Source: Eledone cirrhosa
Lineage: Eukaryota
Assembly: GCA_964016885.1 (NCBI GenBank)
Contig: OZ024745.1
Span: forward strand, 80,972,001-81,036,000
Reading direction: 5' to 3'
Length of the DNA: 64,000 nucleotides
Shown: one piece after another, positions 13,795 through 24,300 of the stretch
How positions within the stretch are numbered: the stretch's first letter is position 1
Layout of the letters: every line of letters begins with the position of its first letter
The notes under the pieces: generated by a model
Told to the model about the DNA's origin: nothing
Seen by the model: the letters and a program-made list of their open reading frames with translations, nothing else
Databases searched by the model: none
Translations under genes and position numbers: made by a program

Positions 13795-16700
13795 TTAGAG
13801 ATGCCTACTGGCAAGGCGGGTCTTCTCTGTTACTGAGTACCGCCAAAGGTCTCGGTCCAGTGACATTGTCTTGGAGAGGTGTAAGTGTGTGAGGTCGGAG
13901 TTTATCAGCTCGTCCCAGGTTTTTCTAGGTCTGCCTATTCCGTGGCTACCGTCTATCTTTATTGCCCTGCACTTTGTTATACAGCTATCGACTTTCATGC
14001 GCATCACGTGTCCATACCAACGTAGCCTTCTCTCGAGTAAACAACATCTGATCCCTCTTATCTCTAATTTTTTCCTTAGTTCGTTTATGCTTTGCCGTTC
14101 ACGTATATTACTGTTACACATCCAGCGGAGCATGCAAGCTTCGTTCCTCTCTAGTCTGCGTATATCCTCTGCACACAATGCCCAGGTCTCACTGCCATGC
14201 AACATTGCTGTTCGTATGCAGGCATCGTACAACCTGCCTTTCATTTTTAGGGAGAACCCTTTAGCAGCTAATAGTGGTATAAGCTCTCTGAACTTTTTCC
14301 AACCAGTTCTGACTCTAGCTACAGTACTTTCAGAGCACCCTCCCCCACTGCTGATTTTATCGCCCAGGTAACGGAAGCTGTCCACTATTTCTATAGAACC
14401 CTCTGCGCAATTGAAAGAGCTAGTATTGTGTGGGCACTTGCTGCTACTTATTGCACCAGAACACCGGCCACATGTAAAATCTATGTTCTTAGTTAGCTTA
14501 CCTGTGATCCCACTACATCTTTTATGCACCCATACTTTGCATTTAGGACACAAAATGGAGTTTCTACCTACGCCTTTCCTACACACCGAGCACGACCATT
14601 TCCCAGAAGGGACCGCCGCCTTGTTTTCTTTCCTACAAACTAGAACTTTGGTCTTAGCCAGGTTAATTTTAAGTCCTTTTGACTCTAGGCCGTGCTTCCA
14701 TGTTTGGAATTTCTTCTCTAGCTCGGCCATTGATTCCGCTATGAGTGTCAGGTCGTCTGCGTATAGGAGTTCCCATGGGCAGCCTGTCTTGAACTCCTCT
14801 GTTATAGCCTGAAGGGCAATAATAAATAGTAGGGGGCTGAGAACAGAGCCCTGATGGACGCCAACTTTTACGCTAAACTCTTCACTATATTCGTTGTTAA
14901 TTCTAACCTTGCTGACTGTTTCTTTATACATGGCTTGTATAGCCCTCACAAGCCATTCGTCAACGCCTAGTTTTCTAAGAGCCCACCAGATAATGGAGCG
15001 GGGGACTCTGTCGAAGGCTTTCTCCAAGTCGACAAAAGCTAAGTAGAGGGGTTTACCTTTAGCTAGGTACTTCTCCTGTAGTTGTCGTACTATGAAAAGA
15101 GCGTCTGTGGTACTTTTGCCTGACACAAACCCGAACTGCATTTCATCTAGGTCAATTCTCTCTCTGATTAGTTGCGCTATTACTTTTTCTGTGACCTTCA
15201 TGACCTGGTCGATTAATTTAATGCCTCTATAGTTACTCCTATCTAGGGCGTCTCCTTTACCCTTATAACAGTTAACGATGATGCTGCTATGCCAGTCCTT
15301 CGGAACAGCCCCATTCTGTACGACTTGGTTAACTATGCGGGTGACCATGGTGTGTCCCACCGTGCCAGATGCCTTCAGCATCTCAGCAACTATTTCCGAA
15401 GGCCCAGCCGCCTTACCTGTCTTCATATCCTTGATTGCCTTACTTATTATACTCCCCTCGACTAACACTGCTGGTCCCTCTATTGGGTCGACATGGGGGA
15501 GACTGTCTTTCTCCCATTTATTCTCCTCATTTAGTAGCCTTTCATAGTGACACTTCCAAGCTGCCTTCTTATCAGTGTCGGTGATGGCAAGTATGCCATC
15601 ATCGTTAAGTACACACTTCTCCCCGACAATATCACGGTTTTCCTTGACGCATTGCCTAGCAATCCTGAACACCTCACGTTTTTGGTCATCGCGTTGTAGG
15701 ACATGCTTGAACTTTCTTTCCTCAGCTTCCCTTCTTGCTAAGTACACTTCTCTCCTAGCTTCCCTCCTGGCCACTTGATAGTCTACTCTACTTCCCCCAT
15801 CCCGCCATACTTTCCAAGCCTGCTTTTTGGCCTTAATTGACTCCTCCACCTTACTGTTCCACCACCATGTTACTCTCCTCCTGCCTACAGGCCTGCTCCA
15901 GCCACAGACTTCGTCTGTGGCCAACAGCAGGTTTGCTTTCAGAAATTCCCACTGTCCCTCTATATTGTCCGACTCTAAGTGTTCTTCCTTACTGTCGAAA
16001 GCATCAAGTAATATGTTTTGAAATTTATTTTTGGCTGTGGGGTCCTTTAGCTTCCATATTTTTCTCCTGAGGATAGTCCTCTTCTGCTGTCGAGTACGTC
16101 TCGACCTGACTATGAGGTCGCTAATTATCAGTCTATGTTGGGAGGTGCATTCTTCATGGGGGAGGGATTTAGTGTTTACAACAGACACTCTGTCACGTCT
16201 TCTGGTAAGGATATAATCTACCTGGCTTGTGTGTTCCCCGGATCTATAGGTGATCAGGTGATTGTCACGTTTTTTGAAGTTAGTGTTACAGATAGTTAGG
16301 TTATTTGCATCACAGAATTCCAGGATTCTGGAGCCTTCCTCATTTCTAGTACCAAACCCATAGCCTCCATGGATTTCGTCGTAGCCGTCACAATGTTGCC
16401 CAACGTGACCATTTAGGTCGCCTGCAATAATTATATAGTCACTGTCAGATATTTGGGAGGTAGTGAGCATCAGTGTCTCATAGAATCTGTCTTTTATAGT
16501 GCCGGGCAGTCCGGATTGGGGTGCATACGCAGATATTACTGTCACCGTAGTTCTATTGAGGACAAGTCGTATTTTAATTATTCTGTCGTTCACTCTATTT
16601 ACGTCTATTATCTTATCCGCCCACTTTTCTGCTACCATGATTCCTACTCCACCCAGCCCATCGTCGTTTCCCACCCAGAAAAGCTTATAACATCGTTTTT

Positions 16701-17052
16701 TACCCTCAATGAATCTAGCAGACCCACCCCTCCACCTGGTCTCTTGAATACAACAAACATCGACCTCCTTACGTTCAAGCATTTCTACAACCTCGTTAGC
16801 GCGCCCCTTTAGGGTGCCTACATTTATGGTACCAACTCTGAAGTTTTGGATCGCGTTTGGAGGGTGGGGGTGGTGTGGGGCGGGGGGAGATGGGGTTATG
16901 TTAGCCATCCGCGGGCGAAACAAAGAAGAGTGCTCGCATTCTCGTCCACGAGGTGAATTTGACTTTAGCATTGGCATTTTCGCTCTGAGCGTCCAGATTT
17001 TTCTCTCCCCTCCACTCTCCAGGATTCCGCAGTCCGTCCATCCATCCATCAT
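13795..17052 (-). CDS. RTE-type LINE polyprotein: AP endonuclease + reverse transcriptase + PHD-type zinc finger (open from TTG at 17073; first ATG 17052; alternative ATG 16908)
   Basis: Uninterrupted ~1085-codon frame. APE motifs: GTINVGTL, DVCCIQETRW, ISAYAPQ, IIAGDLNGHVG, VDYIL, SQHRL. RT motifs: NYRGIKL, QFGF, FVDLEKAFDRV, GVHQGSVLSPLLF, YADD (14752-14763), GLKINLAKTK, FRYLG. The true start codon is uncertain. Confidence 0.96.
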   Translation of the reverse strand: MMDGWTDCGILESGGERKIWTLRAKMPMLKSNSPRGRECEHSSLFRPRMANITPSPPAPHHPHPPNAIQNFRVGTINVGTLKGRANEVVEMLERKEVDVCCIQETRWRGGSARFIEGKKRCYKLFWVGNDDGLGGVGIMVAEKWADKIIDVNRVNDRIIKIRLVLNRTTVTVISAYAPQSGLPGTIKDRFYETLMLTTSQISDSDYIIIAGDLNGHVGQHCDGYDEIHGGYGFGTRNEEGSRILEFCDANNLTICNTNFKKRDNHLITYRSGEHTSQVDYILTRRRDRVSVVNTKSLPHEECTSQHRLIISDLIVRSRRTRQQKRTILRRKIWKLKDPTAKNKFQNILLDAFDSKEEHLESDNIEGQWEFLKANLLLATDEVCGWSRPVGRRRVTWWWNSKVEESIKAKKQAWKVWRDGGSRVDYQVARREARREVYLARREAEERKFKHVLQRDDQKREVFRIARQCVKENRDIVGEKCVLNDDGILAITDTDKKAAWKCHYERLLNEENKWEKDSLPHVDPIEGPAVLVEGSIISKAIKDMKTGKAAGPSEIVAEMLKASGTVGHTMVTRIVNQVVQNGAVPKDWHSSIIVNCYKGKGDALDRSNYRGIKLIDQVMKVTEKVIAQLIRERIDLDEMQFGFVSGKSTTDALFIVRQLQEKYLAKGKPLYLAFVDLEKAFDRVPRSIIWWALRKLGVDEWLVRAIQAMYKETVSKVRINNEYSEEFSVKVGVHQGSVLSPLLFIIALQAITEEFKTGCPWELLYADDLTLIAESMAELEKKFQTWKHGLESKGLKINLAKTKVLVCRKENKAAVPSGKWSCSVCRKGVGRNSILCPKCKVWVHKRCSGITGKLTKNIDFTCGRCSGAISSSKCPHNTSSFNCAEGSIEIVDSFRYLGDKISSGGGCSESTVARVRTGWKKFRELIPLLAAKGFSLKMKGRLYDACIRTAMLHGSETWALCAEDIRRLERNEACMLRWMCNSNIRERQSINELRKKLEIRGIRCCLLERRLRWYGHVMRMKVDSCITKCRAIKIDGSHGIGRPRKTWDELINSDLTHLHLSKTMSLDRDLWRYSVTEKTRLASRHL
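14461..14592 (-). other. PHD-type C4HC3 zinc finger within the RT C-terminal region
   Basis: CSVC-x10-CPKC-x4-H-x2-C-x14-CGRC (44 aa) with the characteristic W-x-H-x-x-C and an aromatic residue two positions before the last CxxC. It lies between the KTK and FRYLG motifs. Confidence 0.85.
16120..16845 (-). other. Apurinic/apyrimidinic (APE/EEP-family) endonuclease domain of the LINE ORF (approximate limits)
   Basis: Conserved N (TINV), QE, YAP, GDLN, DY and H (SQHR) motifs in the expected order. Confidence 0.92.
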
Positions 17053-17087
17053 ATATCGAAGGCAACCGTGCAAGCGATAGTATAGGC

Positions 17088-17240
17088 CTCTGGCTTATGA
17101 TTGGTCCGCGTAATAATAATAATGGTGATGCGTGTGGGGGGGGGGGTCTCTGGCTTATAGTAATAATGGTGATGCGTGTGGGGGGGGGTCTCTGGCTTAT
17201 GATTGGTCCACGTATTAAGAATGGTGGTGTGTGGGGGCGG
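17088..17240. repeat. Three imperfect 42-60 bp tandem repeats just upstream of the LINE ORF
   Basis: CTCTGGCTTAT starts at 17088, 17148 and 17190, each followed by (TAA)n-TGGTGATGCGTGT-poly(G)-like sequence. Copies 1 and 3 contain GATTGG (CCAATC on the element strand). Confidence 0.85.
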
Positions 17241-17262
17241 GTGGGAGGGATGTGGGGTAGCT

Positions 17263-18350
17263 AGCTGGAAGGTTATGAATGTTTACCAGCGAGTAACAAA
17301 AAGCAAAACTGCAAGATTTGTTCTGTTCAATACGACAAAAACACCGTATTTAAACCTTAATAAATAACAAAAAATACAGATTTCGGATTTTGCGGGATTG
17401 GATGTTTGTACGAAATTGTGGTGTGTGGAGGAGATAGGAAAAACGTGAACGTTACGATTACATGGTTACACCGTAGTAGGGGTAGTTGAAGCAGCAATTG
17501 TTTGGCGAAAGTGAATAAACATGAACGGGAATTTATCTTATATATATATGTGTGTGTGTGTGTGTGTAGCTAAGAGAGAGAGAGAGAGAGTGGGAAGGGG
17601 GAGAGAGAGAGAGAGAGAGTGGCTGACCGCAACCCCTCGTGAAGAAAATGGTGGGTGAGGGGTGTATGAGCGGGATTTTTGACTTTCGAGGTAGCATGAT
17701 ATATATATTTAAAGTAAATTATAAGGAGTAGAATGGAAAGGATTTTGTTGTTTTTTGTTTTTTTGTTTGAGAATACGATAGAATTAGGGAATTGGAGGAT
17801 AAGCTGGAAGGTTATGAATGTTTACCAGCGAGTAACAAAAAGCAAAACTGCAAGATTTGTTCTGTTCAATACGACAAAAACACCGTATTTAAACCTTAAT
17901 AAATAACAAAAAATACAGATTTCGGATTTTGCGGGATTGGATGTTTGTACGAAATTGTGGTGTGTGGAGGAGATAGGAAAAACGTGAACGTTACGATTAC
18001 ATGGTTACACCGTAGTAGGGGTAGTTGAAGCAGCAATTGTTTGGCGAAAGTGAATAAACATGAACGGGAATTTATCTTATATATATATGTGTGTGTGTGT
18101 GTGTGTAGCTAAGAGAGAGAGAGAGAGAGTGGGAAGGGGGAGAGAGAGAGAGAGAGAGTGGCTGACCGCAACCCCTCGTGAAGAAAATGGTGGGTGAGGG
18201 GTGTATGAGCGGGATTTTTGACTTTCGAGGTAGCATGATATATATATTTAAAGTAAATTATAAGGAGTAGAATGGAAAGGATTTTGTTGTTTTTTGTTTT
18301 TTTGTTTGAGAATACGATAGAATTAGGGAATTGGAGGATAAGCTGGAAGG
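17263..18350. repeat. 539-bp tandem duplication at the 5' end of the LINE (copies 17263-17801 and 17802-18340, plus 10-bp remnant 18341-18350)
   Basis: AGCTGGAAGG starts at 17263, 17802 and 18341 (period 539). The two units look identical by eye, including their (TA)n(TG)n and (GA)n tracts. Confidence 0.95.
17539..17619. repeat. Compound microsatellite (TA)n(TG)n...(GA)n...(GA)n inside the 539-bp unit (second copy ~18078-18158)
   Basis: Directly visible dinucleotide runs, present in both units. Confidence 0.9.
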
Positions 18351-21300
18351 GAATAGACATTGTAAATCAGGCTTTACTTACCTTAGTCGTTGTAAATCAG
18401 GCTTTACGTACCTTAGACATTGTAAATCAAGCTCTACTTATCTTAGTCATTGTAAATCAAGATTTACTTACCTTAGACATTGTAAATCAGGCTTTACTTA
18501 CCTTAGACATTGTAAATCAAGCTTTACTTACCTTAGTCATTGTAAATCAAGCTTTAGTTACCTTAGTCATTGTAAATCAGGCTTTACTTACCTTAGACAT
18601 TGTAAATCAAGCTTTACTTACCTTAGTCATTGTAAATCAAGCTCTACTTACCTTAGACATTGTAAATCAGGCTTTACTTACCTTAGTCATTGTAAATCAA
18701 GCTTTAGTTACCTTAGTCATTGTAAATCAAGCTTTACTTACCTTAGTCATTGTAAATCAAGCTCTACTTACCTTAGTCATTGTAAATCAAGCTCTACTTA
18801 CCTTAGTCATTGTAAATCAAGCTCTACTTACCTTAGTCATTGTAAATCAGGCTTTACTTACCTTAGTCATTGTAAATCAGGCTTTACTTACCTTAGACAT
18901 TGTAAATCAGGCTTTACTTACCTTAGACATTGTAAATCAGGCTTAACTTACCTTAGTCATTGTAAATCAAGCTTTACGTACCTTAGACATTGTAAATCAG
19001 GCTTTACTTACCTTAGACATTGTAAATCAAGCTTTACTTACCTTAGTCATTGTAAATCAGGCTTTACTTACTTTAGTCATTGTAAATCAGGCTTTACTTA
19101 CCTTAGACATTGTAAATCAAGCTTTACTTACCTTAGTCATTGTAAATCAGGCTTTACTTACCTTAGTCATTGTAAATCAAGCTTTAGTTACCTTAGACAT
19201 TGTAAATCAGGCTTTACTTACCTTAGACATTGTAAATCAGGCTTTACTTACCTTAGACATTGTAAATCAAGCTTTACGTACCTTAGTCATTGTAAATCAA
19301 GCTTTAGTTACCTTAGTCATTGTAAATCAAGCTTTACTTACCTTAGACATTGTAAATCAGGCTTTACTTACCTTAGTCATTGTAAATCAGGCTTTACTTA
19401 CCTTAGTCATTGTAAATCAAGCTTTACTTACCTTAGTCATTGTAAATCAAGCTTTACTTACCTTAGTCATTGTAAATCAGGCTTTACTTACCTTAGTCAT
19501 TGTAAATCAAGCTTTAGTTACCTTACTCATTGTAAATCAAGCTTTAGTTACCTTAGTCATTGTAAATCAAGCTTTACTTACCTTAGACATTGTAAATCAA
19601 GCTTTACTTACCTTAGTCATTGTAAATCAAGCTTTACTTACCTTAGACATTGTAAATCAAGATTTACTTACCTTAGTCATTGTAAATCAAGCTTTACTTA
19701 CCTTAGTCATTGTAAATCAAGCTCTACTTACCTTAGTCATTGTAAATCAAGCTTTACTTACCTTAGTCATTGTAAATCAAGCTTTACTTACCTTAGACAT
19801 TGTAAATCAAGATTTACTTACCTTAGTCATTGTAAATCAAGCTCTACTTACCTTAGTCATTGTAAATCAAGCTTTAGTTACCTTAGTCATTGTAAATCAA
19901 GCTTTAGTTACCTTAGTCATTGTAAATCAAGCTTTAGTTACCTTAGTCATTGTAAATCAAGCTTTAGTTACCTTAGTCATTGTAAATCAAGCTCTACTTA
20001 CCTTAGACATTGTAAATCAAGCTTTACTTACCTTAGACATTGTAAATCAAGCTCTACTTACCTTAGTCATTGTAAATCAAGATTTACTTACCTTAGTCAT
20101 TGTAAATCAAGCTCTACTTACCTTAGTCATTGTAAATCAGGCTTTACTTACCTTAGACATTGTAAATCAGGCTTTACTTACCTTAGTCATTGTAAATCAA
20201 GCTCTACTTACCTTAGTCATTGTAAATCAAGATTTACTTACCTTAGTCATTGTAAATCAAGCTTTACTTACCTTAGTCATTGTAAATCAAGATTTACTTA
20301 CCTTAGTCATTGTAAATCAAGCTCTACTTACCTTAGTCATTGTAAATCAGGCTTTACTTACCTTAGACATTGTAAATCAGGCTTTACTTACCTTAGTCAT
20401 TGTAAATCAAGCTCTACTTACCTTAGTCATTGTAAATCAAGATTTACTTACCTTAGTCATTGTAAATCAAGCTTTACTTACCTTAGTCATTGTAAATCAA
20501 GATTTACTTACCTTAGTCATTGTAAATCAGGCTTTACTTACCTTAGACATTGTAAATCAGGCTTTACTTACCTTAGACATTGTAAATCAGGCTTTACTTA
20601 CCTTAGTCATTGTAAATCAAGCTCTACTTACCTTAGTTATTGTAAATCAAGCTTTACTTACCTTAGACATTGTAAATCAAGCTTTACTTACCTTAGACAT
20701 TGTAAATCAGGCTTTACTTACCTTAGTCATTGTAAATCAGGCTCTACTTACCTTAGTCATTGTAAATCAAGCTTTACTTACCTTAGTCATTGTAAATCAA
20801 GCTTTACTTACCTTAGTCATTGTAAATCAGGCTTTACTTACCTTAGACATTGTAAATCAGGCTTTACTTACCTTAGTCATTGTAAATCAAGCTTTACTTA
20901 CCTTAGTCATTGTAAATCAGGCTTTACTTACCTTAGTCATTGTAAATCAAGCTTTACTTACCTTAGTCATTGTAAATCAAGCTTTACTTACCTTAGTCAT
21001 TGTAAATCAGGCTTTACTTACCTTAGTCATTGTAAATCAAGCTTTACTTACCTTAGTCATTGTAAATCAAGCTTTACTTACCTTAGTCATTGTAAATCAG
21101 GCTTTACTTACCTTAGTCATTGTAAATCAGGCTTTACTTACCTTAGTCATTGTAAATCAAGATTTACTTACCTTAGTCATTGTAAATCAAGCTTTACTTA
21201 CCTTAGTCATTGTAAATCAGGCTTTACTTACCTTAGTCATTGTAAATCAAGCTTTACTTACCTTAGACATTGTAAATCAAGCTTTACTTACCTTAGTCAT

Positions 21301-24300
21301 TGTAAATCAAGCTCTACTTACCTTAGACATTGTAAATCAAGCTCTACTTACCTTAGTCATTGTAAATCAAGCTCTACTTACCTTAGTCATTGTAAATCAA
21401 GCTTTACTTACCTTAGTCATTGTAAATCAGGCTTTACTTACCTTAGTCATTGTAAATCAGGCTTTACTTACCTTAGTTATTGTAAATCAGGCTTTACTTA
21501 CCTTAGTCATTGTAAATCAGGCTTTACTTACCTTAGTCATTGTAAATCAGGCTTTACTTACCTTAGACATTGTAAATCAGGCTTTACTTACCTTAGACAT
21601 TGTAAATCAGGCTTTACTTACCTTAGACATTGTAAATCAGGCTTTACTTACCTTAGACATTGTAAATCAGGCTTTACTTACCTTAGACATTGTAAATCAG
21701 GCTTTACTTACCTTAGTCATTGTAAATCAGGCTTTACTTACCTTAGACATTGTAAATCAGGCTTTACTTACCTTAGTCATTGTAAATCAGGCTTTACTTA
21801 CCTTAGACATTGTAAATCAGGCTTTACTTACCTTAGACATTGTAAATCAGGCTTTACTTACCTTAGTCATTGTAAATCAGGCTTTACTTACCTTAGACAT
21901 TGTAAATCAGGCTTTACTTACCTTAGACATTGTAAATCAGGCTTTACTTACCTTAGTCGTTGTAAATCAGGCTTTACGTACCTTAGACATTGTAAATCAA
22001 GCTCTACTTACCTTAGTCATTGTAAATCAAGATTTACTTACCTTAGACATTGTAAATCAGGCTTTACTTACCTTAGACATTGTAAATCAGGCTTTACTTA
22101 CCTTAGTCATTGTAAATCAGGCTTTACTTACCTTAGTCATTGTAAATCAAGATTTACTTACCTTAGTCATTGTAAATCAGGCTTTACTTACCTTAGTCAT
22201 TGTAAATCAGGCTTTACTTACCTTAGACATTGTAATCAGGCTTTACTTACCTTAGTCATTGTAAATCAAGCTTTACTTACCTTAGTCATTGTAAATCAAG
22301 ATTTACTTACCTTAGACATTGTAAATCAAGCTTTACTTACCTTAGACATTGTAAATCAAGCTTTACTTACCTTAGTCATTGTAAATCAAGCTCTACTTAC
22401 CTTAGACATTGTAAATCAAGCTCTACTTACCTTAGTCATTGTAAATCAAGCTCTACTTACCTTAGTCATTGTAAATCAAGCTTTACTTACCTTAGTCATT
22501 GTAAATCAGGCTTTACTTACCTTAGTCATTGTAAATCAGGCTTTACTTACCTTAGTTATTGTAAATCAGGCTTTACTTACCTTAGTCATTGTAAATCAGG
22601 CTTTACTTACCTTAGTCATTGTAAATCAGGCTTTACTTACCTTAGACATTGTAAATCAGGCTTTACTTACCTTAGACATTGTAAATCAGGCTTTACTTAC
22701 CTTAGACATTGTAAATCAGGCTTTACTTACCTTAGTCATTGTAAATCAGGCTTTACTTACCTTAGACATTGTAAATCAGGCTTTACTTACCTTAGACATT
22801 GTAAATCAGGCTTTACTTACCTTAGTCATTGTAAATCAGGCTTTACTTACCTTAGACATTGTAAATCAGGCTTTACTTACCTTAGACATTGTAAATCAGG
22901 CTTTACGTACCTTAGTCATTGTAAATCAGGCTTTACTTACCTTAGACATTGTAAATCAGGCTTTACTTACCTTAGACATTGTAAATCAGGCTTTACTTAC
23001 CTTAGTCATTGTAAATCAGGCTTTACTTACCTTAGACATTGTAAATCAGGCTTTACTTACCTTAGACATTGTAAATCAGGCTTTACTTACCTTAGTCGTT
23101 GTAAATCAGGCTTTACGTACCTTAGACATTGTAAATCAAGCTCTACTTATCTTAGTCATTGTAAATCAAGATTTACTTACCTTAGACATTGTAAATCAGG
23201 CTTTACTTACCTTAGACATTGTAAATCAAGCTTTACTTACCTTAGTCATTGTAAATCAAGCTTTAGTTACCTTAGTCATTGTAAATCAGGCTTTACTTAC
23301 CTTAGACATTGTAAATCAAGCTTTACTTACCTTAGTCATTGTAAATCAAGCTCTACTTACCTTAGACATTGTAAATCAGGCTTTACTTACCTTAGTCATT
23401 GTAAATCAAGCTTTAGTTACCTTAGTCATTGTAAATCAAGCTTTACTTACCTTAGTCATTGTAAATCAAGCTCTACTTACCTTAGTCATTGTAAATCAAG
23501 CTCTACTTACCTTAGTCATTGTAAATCAAGCTCTACTTACCTTAGTCATTGTAAATCAGGCTTTACTTACCTTAGTCATTGTAAATCAGGCTTTACTTAC
23601 CTTAGACATTGTAAATCAGGCTTTACTTACCTTAGACATTGTAAATCAGGCTTTACTTACCTTAGTCATTGTAAATCAAGCTTTACGTACCTTAGACATT
23701 GTAAATCAGGCTTTACTTACCTTAGACATTGTAAATCAAGCTTTACTTACCTTAGTCATTGTAAATCAGGCTTTACTTACTTTAGTCATTGTAAATCAGG
23801 CTTTACTTACCTTAGACATTGTAAATCAAGCTTTACTTACCTTAGTCATTGTAAATCAGGCTTTACTTACCTTAGTCATTGTAAATCAAGCTTTAGTTAC
23901 CTTAGACATTGTAAATCAGGCTTTACTTACCTTAGACATTGTAAATCAGGCTTTACTTACCTTAGACATTGTAAATCAAGCTTTACGTACCTTAGTCATT
24001 GTAAATCAGGCTTTACTTACCTTAGTCATTGTAAATCAAGCTTTACTTACCTTAGTCATTGTAAATCAGGCTTTACTTACCTTAGTCATTGTAAATCAAG
24101 CTTTACTTACCTTAGACATTGTAAATCAAGCTTTACTTACCTTAGTCATTGTAAATCAAGCTTTACTTACCTTAGTCATTGTAAATCAAGCTTTACTTAC
24201 CTTAGTCATTGTAAATCAAGCTTTACTTACCTTAGACATTGTAAATCAAGCTTTACGTACCTTAGACATTGTAAATCAGGCTTTACTTACCTTAGTCATT

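Larger units (their letters stand above)
13435..18353 (-). mobile_element. Apparently full-length non-LTR retrotransposon (LINE), RTE clade, inserted in the satellite
   Basis: ~4.9 kb non-satellite block with a single APE+RT ORF and no recognisable ORF1. It has a ~340-bp 3' UTR ending in a trinucleotide-repeat tail, a ~1.3 kb 5' region, and sharp junctions to satellite on both sides. Single ORF, short-repeat tail and a C-terminal 'RRLRWYGHVMRM...GRPRKTW' motif are typical of RTE elements. Confidence 0.93.

Noticed and set aside
13527-17080. Multiple short + strand ORFs
   Set aside because: They are antisense shadows of the LINE ORF/3' UTR with no recognisable motifs.
17263-18350. LTRs of an LTR retrotransposon or Penelope-like pseudo-LTRs
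   Set aside because: The repeats are adjacent at one end only and lack TG...CA ends and a PBS/PPT. The ORF is APE-RT with no integrase or GIY-YIG domain.
18109-18360. 83-aa minus-strand ORF as a possible ORF1
   Set aside because: It is low complexity, ends in (CT)n-encoded LSLS, starts in the satellite and has no RRM or zinc-knuckle motif.
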